A stretch of DNA of 64,000 nucleotides from assembly GCF_009914755.1 (NCBI RefSeq), contig NC_060930.1, one strand, 5' to 3'. Positions within the stretch are counted from its first letter, which is position 1. Every line of letters starts with the position of its first letter. Positions 41,179-53,699 of the stretch are shown here, piece by piece. The notes under the pieces are model-generated. The model made no database searches. It was given only the letters and a program-made list of their open reading frames with translations, and was not told the DNA's origin. Origin of the DNA: the human T2T-CHM13v2.0 reference genome, Homo sapiens. Position numbers and translations under genes: made by a program.

Positions 41179-42657
41179 CAGGAGTGCCACTTCAGAGAAG
41201 ATAGAGTAGATTATTGTTTCTTATACTTCCCACTAACTGCAACTAAAACGTTTGGAGAGTATGTGTAAAACAAACATAAGATTGCAAAAGGTAAAGAAAA
41301 CATAGACTTGCTAGGGACCTTGAGACTTAAGGGACAATATGGTGGTGAGTCCTCCGAGTTTTGCCTCACATATCACAAATGTGGAGCTGAGGAAGCTTGC
41401 AAACCAGATATGTCAACAAGTTCAGACGAAAAAAAAAAGGTCCCAACAAAACCCTTTAGGCAAATGACCAGGAAAGGAGCATCCTAGCAAGAGAAAATTT
41501 TCAGATGATAACTACTCTACTACAGCTAAACACTGAAAAAAATAAAAAATTAAAAAATAAAAAAATAAAAACTGTGGCCTCACCCATATGCCAGAAAAAG
41601 CTGAGTGGGGAGCCAAGATTTCCAATGTAGTGAAGCTGTGAGGAGGTACTACAAAACCCCTACTGGGCAATGTAAAGAGGGCCAACTAGGAAGCTGAAAC
41701 TTTTTTCCCTGCTGTCCAGGACATCCCCTCACCTTCCCACTCCTCCGTCACTACCATCAGTGGAAAGCCTGAATTTGCAACATCACCTCGTAACATTACC
41801 TGCTGGGAAAGTGTTGCAGGAGGCCTAGTGGAAAGTAGAGACTTGCAGCAGCACCCAGGGTTAACAAGACCACCTACTCCCACTTAGAAAGAAGAGTACT
41901 CCCTTTCTCTTGTGTGTTAATTAAGGGCAATAGGAAATGAGAATTCTACCTTGACCAGCTGTAATAAAATAGCCCCAACTTTCTCCTTCTGCATTGGTAT
42001 CAGAGAAAGCTAAGAAGTTTTAAATAAGATCCATCATCTTATAATATGAAAATGTCCAAATTTCAACAAAAGAAATCATTCATTATACCAAGAACCAGGA
42101 AGATCTCAACCTGAATTTTTTAAAGGCAATCAAAAGATGGCAGTACCACTGCCAAAAACACACAATGGAAAAAGGAGAGCCTCATAAATAAATGGTATTG
42201 GAAGAACTAGATATACATATACAGAAGAATGAAATTAGGCCCTTATCTCATATATGTACACAAACTAACTTAAAATGAAAAAAAAGACATAAGTGTAGAA
42301 TCAGAAACTACAAAATTAGTAGAATAAAACATATGAGGAAAGCTCCATGACATTGGTCTGGACAAGGACTCTTTGGATAGGATCCCCAAAGCACAGGTGA
42401 AAAAACTGAAAAAAAAAAAAAAAAAAAAGCCAGACAGATGGGAATACACCAAACTGAGAACATTCTGCATAGCAAAGGAAAACAACCAACAAAATGAAGA
42501 GACAACATATCAAATAACAGAAAATATTTGCAAACCATACATCCTGATAAGAAGTTAATATCAAAAATACATAAGAAACTCAAACAACTTGACAGTAAGA
42601 AAACAAGAGACATGACTTAAAAATGAGCAAAGATCCTAAATAGACATTTCTCAAAAA

Positions 42658-43004
42658 TAGAGTGACTATATTTTACAACTTATTGTATATTTCAAAATAG
42701 GTAAAAGAGATTTGAAATATTCACAACACAAAGAAATGATAAATGTTTGAACTGATGGATACACTAATTACCCTGATTTGATCATTATACTTGGTATGCA
42801 TGCATCAAAATATCATGTTCCCCATAAATATGTACAATTTTTATGTATCAATAAAAACATACGTGAACAGGAAAAAATTGTATAGGTGTAACTATGAACA
42901 CCACTAGTCATTCTGACTTCAGAGACCATGCTCTTGACCACTGTAATTTTTGCTAACTTTTACTCAAAAAAGAACCATTCATTTCATAAAATAAAAATAA
43001 AAAA
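42658..43004 (+). mobile_element. L1MA4/5-like 3' end followed by ~130 bp non-L1 sequence and a second A-rich tail
   Basis: caacacaaagaaatgataaatgtttga...tatgtatcaataaaaa. The host L1 resumes at gacatataaatggcc (43005). Confidence 0.75.
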
Positions 43005-43407
43005 GACATATAAATGGCCAACAGGTGTATTTTAAAATGCTCAATATCACTAATCATCAGGGAAATGTAAATTAAAACCACAATGAGATGTCATCTCATA
43101 CCTGTTAGAACACCTATTATCAAAAAGACAAAGATAATAGGTATTGGTGAGAATGTATTGAAAGGGAACCCTGTCATACTGTTGGTGGAAATGTAAATTA
43201 AGACAGTCATTATGGAAACCAGTATAAAAGTCCCTCAAAAAATTAAAACTAGAACTACAATATGATCCAGCAATCTCAGTGCTGGATATGGATCTAAAGG
43301 AAATGCAATCAGTATAATGAAGAGATACGTATACTCTTATGTTCATTTGCAGCATTATTCATAATAACCAAGATATGTAATCAATCTGTCTATCAGTGAA
43401 TCAATGT

Positions 43408-44122
43408 TGCTATGCTTAAAACCTTGGTGTCCTTTCAAACTTGAGTTGTACCTAGGCATCCCTGTGAGCTGGGGCTTTGGTAGCAACCAGCAAAGCTTTG
43501 AAGATATGGCTGCTGGCCTGTGCTTCTCCCTCTTTTGTATTCTGGAAGCACCTAACTCAGTTGATCTCACAGGCTCAAAGCTGGAGGGGAATTTGCCTCC
43601 AGATAAATCATACTTTGAATCTCATCCATAACTGATTTAGTGATGTTTAGACAAGACTGCATTTTAGACTTTTGAGTTGACACTTGAACAAGTTAAGACT
43701 TGGGGCTACTGGGGTGAAATTACTGTATTTTGCATGTCAGAAGAACATGAATTTGTGGAGGCCATGGGAAGAATGCTGTGGTCTGAATGTTGGTGTCTCC
43801 CCAAAATTCAGATGTTGTCCCCTGATAATTGAATAGTTTTAAGAGGTGAAGGCTTTTGGAAAGTGATTGTGAGGGCTCTGTCCTCATTGATGGGATGAGT
43901 GCCTTTATAAAAGAGGTTGAAAAAAGCTGTCTTTCTTCTGCCATGTGAGGACACATCCACCAAGTGCCAACTATGAGGAACAGGACCTCAGCAGATACCA
44001 AATCTGCTGGTGCCTTGACCTTAGACTTCACAGCCTCCAGAACTGTAAGCAATAAATTTCTGTTGTTTGTAAATTACCCAGTATGAGGTTATTTGTTATA
44101 GCCTTCTGAGTGGGCTAAGAAA
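43408..44122 (+). mobile_element. MLT1A-like MaLR: 5' LTR stub, internal 3' end and complete 3' LTR (43774-44122)
   Basis: tgctgtggtctgaatg...cagcctccagaactgtaagcaataaatttctgttgttt...ctaaga. TSD aatg(t/a). Confidence 0.8.
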
Positions 44123-46189
44123 AATGAATAAATAAAATGTAACATATAAACACAATGGAATACTATTTATCCCTAAAAAATAATCTCACTTAAATGTAAA
44201 AATTTAAGAAACTGGAATTCATAGAAGCAGAGAGTAGAGTGGGGCCGAAGTGTGATGTGTGTGTTGCGGGAGGGGATGGAGAGATATTGGTCAAAGGAGA
44301 CAAAAATTAAATTATGTATGAGAAGTAAGTTCAAGAGATCTTTTGTACAACATGGTGTGTATAGTTAATAACACCTTATCATATACTTGATAATTGTCAA
44401 TAGAGATTTTAAGTGATCTCACCACAAAAAGAAGATAAGCATGTGAGGTAATGCATATATTAATTAACTTGATTTAACCATTCCATAATGTGTATGTATA
44501 GATAATGTGTGTGTGTTTATGTATGTGTGTGTATATATATGTATACATCATTTGTTGTACACCATAAATATATACAATCTTCATTTTTCAATTAAATATA
44601 TATGCAACAAAATAAATAAATTTTAAAATAAAACAGATGTCAGTACTGAGATGACAAAGAGGTTACAATAATCTGAGAAATTTTAAAGCAGCCACAGTAA
44701 AAATGATTAAATGAGCAATTACAAAAATACTTGAAACAACAACAACAAAAAACTAGAAAAGCTCAGCAAAAAAAAAAAAAAAGATATAAAGAAGAACAAA
44801 ATGGGGAATTTGGAAATGAAAACGCTGTAACTGTAACATATATTTCAGTAAATGGAATCAAAAGCACCAATTAAAAGAGATTTATTTTAAAACATTGCCA
44901 AATTATATGCTGTCTACAAGAAACCCACTTCAAATAAAACAACATAAGCAGATCAGCAGTAAAAATATGGAAAAAGATATTTAAACATTTATTGGAGGGA
45001 AGCAGGAGTAGTAATATTAGCATAAGATAAAGTAGACTTTGGAAAAAAATAAAGTTTACTAGTGACAGAAAGGGACATTATATAATGATAAAACAGTTAA
45101 ACTAACAAGAAAAAAATATCAATCCTAAATGCATATGCACCAAACAATACAGATGCAAACTAGATGAAGCAAAAACTGATAGAACTAGAAGGAGAAAGAG
45201 GCAAATCTGGAATTATAGTTAAGAACTTCAACCCCCTTTCTCAACAATTGATACAACAACTAAAGAGAAAAATCAGTGATGAGAACTTACAGACAACTAA
45301 ATCAACAAGATCTAATCACCATTTACAGAACATTTCACTCAACAATAGCAGAAAACCTATTCAACTATCTATAGAACATAAAGTAAAATAGATAACATAG
45401 CCACAAAACACATTTCCACAAATTTAAAACAAGAGTATATTCTCTGACCACAGTGAAATAAAACTGGAAAGACAACAAGAAAATTTCAAAATATTTGAAA
45501 ATGCTGGAAGACAGGAAGATATTACTCAATTTCCAATTCATTTTCAACTTCTGTTTTTGCAGGAGAATAATCTCTGCACTAGAAAATTAGAACAAATATC
45601 TAGTATGTCATTAATGGTCCCAGTGTATGACTGATGGATAGATGGTGTATAGATGTATCTTACTTTTTACACTGCACCACTACCTTGTGATTTTATGTCT
45701 TTTATCCCCAGTTGATTATGAGTTACTTGGAGAAGGGCCTATAAGGACAAATCTTCTCTCTTTTTTCTTTGTACCAGTGCTTTGAACATGGTAATTATTC
45801 AGAAATTATAGTTGAGTTTAATGACTGCTTAATTGACTGATCATTTGAATGAGTTATAGACATAGAGAATCCACTTATGAATGGACCAATGAGGTTGACC
45901 TTTGAAGCACTTATATAAATGTTTCATTAGTTCTCAACTAATCTCTTTTTATAAAGGAAACACATGTGAAAGGAGTGGAAAATAAGAACAAAGGCAAAGA
46001 AGCCAACAAATATGCCAAGCACAGGAATTTGTAATTAAACTTGAATCTTCCACACAGTCTGGTTGCACATGGAAAAATATGGTCAGTTAATCATATTTTA
46101 ATGTTTACCAAAAGGGTATCCAGGACTTCAGATTTAATATAAATAAATCAAATGATGTTACTCTCAAATAAAAGTATATACTCAGAATA

Positions 46190-47046
<857 letters not shown>

Positions 47047-47606
47047 AAGCAAAAATACGGATGGATTTTCACAAAATCGACTGTATGGTTTTATTGAATC
47101 TTACATGCCAGCAATAATTTACATATAGTCTAAATTAAGATTAAAATCTAAAACTTTTCTTTTGAGCAAAATTAATTGGATCACTTCAGATTCGAATCTA
47201 CATCCTGAGTTTTATAAAAACAGTGTTCCAAATAACTCTACCAGTGAAGCCATATTTATTACTCAATATTAATTGGCAACTATGGTTCTAGTTTCAATAA
47301 TAGTTGTCTACAAAATTCCTGACAACTCTGGCCTATTTGTATTCACTAAGTATAATTCTCTTTGATAGTATGTTTTAGGAATAAAAGTGTTGAACGATTC
47401 ATGGCTATTTATATAAAGACAGTTTATTTTTTAATGAAAATGGCAATGATATACACATGAGTCAAGATAGAAAGTGAATGAATCTTTTCAAATAATTCTT
47501 AGGCTGTATATGACAAATTATCAAATAAAAGACAACTGTATTTTTATATAGCTTATGCTCCCCAGCAGAAAACTGCTTGCCTTCATTTTAAAAATTAGGT
47601 ATTTTT

Positions 47607-48013
<407 letters not shown>

Positions 48014-49039
48014 TCAGGGCTGACTGTCCAATAACTGGCATCACACAGGGCAACAATATCTGCTATATAATCACTGACATGAAATCTCACACACACAAAT
48101 TGTGTGACACTCAATAGAGTTCCAGTTTTCACTCCATTAAATCTTATTTCCAAGTTTGGATTCTGGAATAACCGAGCTTAAAGACCAGGACCTCTGAGTG
48201 AACATTACTATTTGTGCCTTGATGATAAAGAAATGTTAAATTGTCTCTCATGATGCATACATAATGTGAAAAGAGACAATTGTGAAGATAAGTAGCTTTA
48301 GGAGTTATCACTTTTCTTAACATTTTTGCAGGGAAAACACTTAAGAAAAGGACTGAAGTAGGTGGCATTTAACTTCAAGAAAGTCATGATTCTTGACATT
48401 TTATTATTGCGAAACTCTGAAACTTGGATAACCATTCTCTGGTAAAGGAGTTATGTTCCTTTAGAGGCCCTGGAGATAGATTATCAAGCTTCTCTAAGAT
48501 TTGTGAGGTATTTCGGGAAGTGTGTAAGTAAACCAATATTTTCCTCTTAAATCTTCAAAGTAAAAGAAAGAAATATGCATAATGAGGTTCTTTTTGATGT
48601 ACAAGCAAAAGATTTAAGAAATACATCAGAAAAGCAATATATGCTCACGAAATCACTTTAAAAGAAAAGATTTCTGAAGAAGCATATGACTACAGAATTT
48701 CTTCCACCCACTTTCTTGAGGAAATTGCTTCATGCACTGCTGACACATTGATTAGGTAAAGATGGAGGGAGACAAAAAGAAAAGCCTTATTGCATTTGAT
48801 GAAGCTCACTGAAATAACTGAACTCAGAGACAAGACACTTTAAAACTCAAGGCAATCTGGCTTGATGAAAAAGAACTAGTTTGAAGGGGAATGTCTATGG
48901 TATTGTTGCCTAATACTCAACACATGGGCAACTTTGAGAACGGTCACTAAATATCTCCATGACCAGAACTTTGCTCAGCTAGAAGTAATCATAATGATTG
49001 CTACTACTGAGTTTGTCATTGCTGTGATAGATGCTTTAC

Positions 49040-49220
49040 CCAACTTTATTAATTTGGTGAATTTAGGCACATCCCTTACCTCTAATCTTCAATTTTCTCA
49101 GCTGAAGCAAGATTAATGTTAGTTCTGCAATTTGTGAGGATTAAATGGGATGAGGTATTTAGTACATACCATAGTGTCTGATATATAGTGAGGATTTTAT
49201 GAATGTTTGCTTGTTATTAT
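49040..49220 (+). mobile_element. MIR
   Basis: tgtgaggattaaatgggatgaggta...atagtgtctgatatatagtgag. Confidence 0.65.
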
Positions 49221-49470
49221 TAACTCCTCAATTATACCCTAAAGATAGATATTATTTAAGGATGGAAACCACAATGAACTAATGGAACTGGGTTAGATGC
49301 CAGAGTCCTCATACTCTTACATAAATTGTGTAAACTGGCTGACATGTTATGTTTGGCAGACTATATTTAGCCCACAGAATGTTTTCATTTTTGGATTTTG
49401 GTTGTTTCTCAATGTATAAAAATAGATTTCACAAATGAATTTTGATTTCCAGCTTTCATGAAAAATATGA

Positions 49471-50177
49471 TGCCTCCAGCTTTGTTCTTGTTACTTAGGA
49501 TTGTCTTGGCTATACAGGCTCTTTTTTGGTTCCATATGAAATTTAAAGTAGTTTTTTCTAGTTCTGTGAAGAAAGTCAATAGTAGCTTGATGGGAATAGC
49601 ATTGAATCTATAAATTACTTTGGGCAGTATGGCCATTTTCATGGTATTGATTCTTCCTATCCATGAGCATGGAATGTTTTTCCATTTGTTTGTGTCCTCT
49701 TTTATTTTGTTGAGCAGTGGTTTGTAGTTCTCCTTGAAGAGGTCCTTCACATCCCTTGTAAGTTGTATTCCTAGGTATTTTATTCTCATTGTAGCAATTG
49801 TGAATGGGAGTTCACTCATGATTTGACTCTCTGCTTGTCTATTATTGGTGTATAGGAATGCTTGTAATTTTTGCACATTGATTTTGTATCCTGAGACTTT
49901 GCTGAAGTTGCTTATCAGCTTAAGGAGTTGTAGGAGTTGAACAATGAGAACACATGGACACAGCGGGGAGCATCACACACTGGGGCCTGTCGAGGGGTAG
50001 GGGGCAAGGGGAGGAAGAGCATTAGGACAAATACCTAATGCATGTGGGGCTTAAAATCTAGATGACAGGTTGAAAGGTGCAGCAAACCACCATGGCACAT
50101 GTATACCAATGTAACAAACCAGCACATTCTGCACATGTATCTCAGAACTTAAAGTGAAATTAAAAAAAAAAGAAAAA
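49471..50177 (+). mobile_element. Twin-primed (5'-inverted) L1PA8A/10-like insertion
   Basis: Inverted ORF2 segment 49471-49930 (minus ORF 49409-49876 is ORF2 RT region) joined to a sense 3' UTR 49931-50177. TSD gaaaaatatga at 49460-49470 and 50178-50188. Confidence 0.92.
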
Positions 50178-50966
50178 GAAAAATATGAACTATCTGGTAA
50201 TATTAGGCTTGCCAACCCAAATGGTAATCATCAGGGCTAAGTCAGAACTGGTCTTTTTGTTAGAGATTCTCAGGTTTAGTTTTTACTTTTACTATTATCT
50301 CCCCAACAATGATAGCAAATAATTGCAATTTGTCATGGTGTATGCAAAGTATGAAAACATAATTCTTTTCTTAAATTTTTTCCATAATGTTTGTGAACCT
50401 GGTGGTGCCCTCACTTTGTTCGAAGTACACGGGCTTCCTTCTTTTGATTGAACTACCCAGGTAAATGAAATGAAAATTGTTTCCAAGCATGGGTCATTTC
50501 TTTGGATGCCATATTTTGTTGCTCCTCTCTGAGTCTATTTCCTCTGCAAATGTAAAATAATAAATAAAGCATACTTGCATACATGTATACATATTTTAAC
50601 CAGTGGAATGCTGTGCTTAGTGAATCCTAAATAGAAATGCTAGTAGGTCTCAAAATATCATGCTGTTGAAATGTGTCCAGCTTAGAAAGATGTCCTAAGC
50701 AAATCATTTTTAATGATCAAAAATGTTTGACATTTCTTGTTTATTTGAACAAAATGTGTCATTCTTTATATTTTTTTAATTATACAAATAATTTCTAAGG
50801 TAACCTTCTGTTTCCTTCACGAATAGACTATATTCATTGGGTTCTGTGCATCTTGCAGAAATAAATAATTTATTAGGTTGTGCAACATTTTCCATTTGGG
50901 CAGTATGTTAGCTCATTTTATTCAGCTTATATTTCTGAAATTTTACATTAGGGAGTCAGGTGTAAA

Positions 50967-51007
50967 CAACACAGACACACATACACACATACACACACAT
51001 ACACACA
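50967..51007. repeat. Interrupted (CA)n
   Basis: Direct reading. Confidence 0.85.
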
Positions 51008-51263
51008 GGGAAAGAGAGACAGAAGAAATAGATTAAATCACTCAAGACAATGGCAGCTTATTGTGTAAGCAGAGCACAGTAAAACATACTAGATAACAGG
51101 CACACAACTCAGATATAATGTATAAATCTTTATTGAAGTCTTTAATGCTATAAACACAAATCCAGAGATACCTTATTCTATTTACAATAAATCTACCCAA
51201 CTTGACATTCTTTGTAGTATATAAAATCTCAAAGAAAGCAAAAATGTTAAAAAGATAATAGGA

Positions 51264-51548
51264 GGATGGGCACGATGAGTCACGTCTGTAATCCCAGCAC
51301 TTTGGGAGGCCAAGGCAGGAGGATCACTTTAGGCCAGAAGTTCAAAACCAGCCTGGGCAACATAGCAAGATCCTGCCTGTACAAAAATAAAAAGAAACAA
51401 CTTTAGCTAGACATGGTGACATGCACTTGTAGTCGTAGCTACTTGGGATGATGAGATGGGAGAATTGCTTGAGCCCAGAAGTTTGAGGCTGCCACGAGCC
51501 ATGATAGAACCACTGCATTCCAGCCTAAGAGACAGAGAGAGATCCCAA

Positions 51549-51550
<2 letters not shown>
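51264..51550 (+). mobile_element. AluJ with a (CA)n tail
   Basis: Diverged Alu. Tail is (CA)~21 at 51551-51592. Residual TSD gataata. Confidence 0.92.
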
Positions 51551-51597
<47 letters not shown>

Positions 51598-51757
51598 GAT
51601 AATACCAGTCTTAAGCAAGTTTTTCATAATGATATTTATTCTTTAAATATATTTATCTTTCAATATGAAATATCTTTCATGCACATGTCTAGCCATGGTA
51701 TAGACAAAACTACAGAAAGAATTTGGCACAGCAGTTACAAATGATTATTTCTCCAAT

Positions 51758-52307
51758 TGTGATCATTAATTTTATGGGTTCATTTGACTGGGCAATGGGG
51801 TTCCCAACATTTGGTCAAACATTATTCTGGGCGTTTTTGTGAGGATGTTTCTGGGTGATAGTAACACTTGAATTGGTAAATTGAGTAAAGTGGCTTGCCT
51901 TCTCCAATGAGTGTGGGTCTCATTTAATCAACTGAATATCAGAATAGAGCAAAATGGTTGCGTTAAGAGGATACTTAGCCTGCCTGACAGCTTGAGCTGA
52001 GACATTGATCTTCTCTAGCCCTCAGGCTGGAACTTAATCATTGACTCTGAGTTCTCAGCCCTTCCAACTTGGACTAAATCTTATACCATGACTTCCCCTG
52101 TATTTTCAGCTTGCCCACTGCAGATCTTGGGACTCCAGCCTCCACAATAATGTGAACCACTTTTTTACTTTCTCTGTGTGTGTGTGCACACGCATGTGTG
52201 GGTGCGTGTGTGTGTTTGCATGTACAATATAGATTTACATAGAAGTATATATTTTATATACATATATAGACATATTTAGTTCTGTTTCTCTGGAGAATCC
52301 TAATACT
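51758..52307 (+). mobile_element. MLT2C/D (ERVL) LTR
   Basis: tgtgatcattaattttatg...ttggtcaaacattattctgg...ttctgtttctctggagaatcctaatac. Confidence 0.85.
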
Positions 52308-52479
52308 CTTACCTACTTAAGAGTTGCTTAAAGTAAAACTAAATGATTTCCTTTGCATTGGAATCTCACAAAATTCTGATTTTCTACAAGTCTTCCAAGG
52401 CAGGTGGAGGGACAACAAAAACTCCAAAACATAAGCGAAGTCAATTACATCAAAATGTGAAACACATCGCAAAAGTTAG

Positions 52480-52795
<316 letters not shown>

Positions 52796-53202
52796 CGAAA
52801 CAGTATGTCTTTACCCATGTTTTGTGCTCTCTATATTCCTTAAATAGTTAGACTATTTGCATGGAAAAAAATGAGTTCTCAAAGATGCTACATAAGATGT
52901 TACTTGAACTAAAAATAGTTGTGGCTCCTAAAACAATATTACTATTGCTCATTTTGTAATGGGAGGTAAATTTATAGAGGTAGAATCTCATATCTACTTT
53001 CTTGACTAGAAACTTGAAACTGATTTCAAAGATCATTTACCTGAAATGAACAGGATCTGATCTGTTTCAAGAGTAACAGTATTTCTGGAGTTAGATACAT
53101 TTATTCCCAAAGGGCCTTTTGCTTCTACCACTTAATGTGATGTAGCCCTGCCATCTCCCAAATTTTAGCTCTTGGATTTTCCATCTCCTACAGAGTAACA
53201 AA

Positions 53203-53203
<1 letters not shown>

Positions 53204-53242
<39 letters not shown>
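53204..53242. repeat. (TG)n microsatellite
   Basis: Direct reading, one interruption. Confidence 0.95.
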
Positions 53243-53243
<1 letters not shown>

Positions 53244-53699
53244 ATTTTAATGTTTCAAAGCATTAAATTACTTTTAGGAAAATATCTATTTTTAGATACA
53301 TAGAAAAATCAAGAGTTAAAATATCTGTTAGTGAAATTTTCTGCCTATCTATTAAAAATTAGATATCTGCCTAATAGTAATTCAACACATTGAAACACTT
53401 TTTTTACCTGCTAAGATATAACAACTAGGAACCATCATTTCTGATTTCTCAAATATTATTAGTTACAGTGTTGCTTGTCTTAAAGTCCATACTTGGATTC
53501 TATATCCCATGACTTAGGTGAACTTGCCATCACAAACCAAGTTTTTAGGGACCACTGTTTCTGCATCACACCATTACTTAGCCTCAGTACTCCAGCAAAT
53601 CATTTTTAAACAGTACATTGGTATGACTTCTTTTTTAATGGATGACCACACATAATCCTTTTATAACAATTGCTTTATTTGAATGCTTTTGCTGTTCAG

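Larger units (their letters stand above)
42147..44631 (+). mobile_element. L1MA7/8-like LINE with nested insertions
   Basis: TSD aa(a/c)agatg(g/t)cagtac at 42132-42146 and 44632-44646. ORF2 C-terminus and L1MA 3' UTR. Confidence 0.8.
41185..45530 (+). mobile_element. Old L1M (5' UTR/ORF1/ORF2 endonuclease), host of an L1MA insertion
   Basis: Segments 41185-42146 and 44632-45530. Remnant MKQKLIELEGE...IIVKNFNPLS (endonuclease GDFN motif). Confidence 0.7.

Noticed and set aside
49409-49876. 155-aa ORF resembling reverse transcriptase
   Set aside because: It is the inverted L1 ORF2 fragment of the twin-primed insertion, not a gene.
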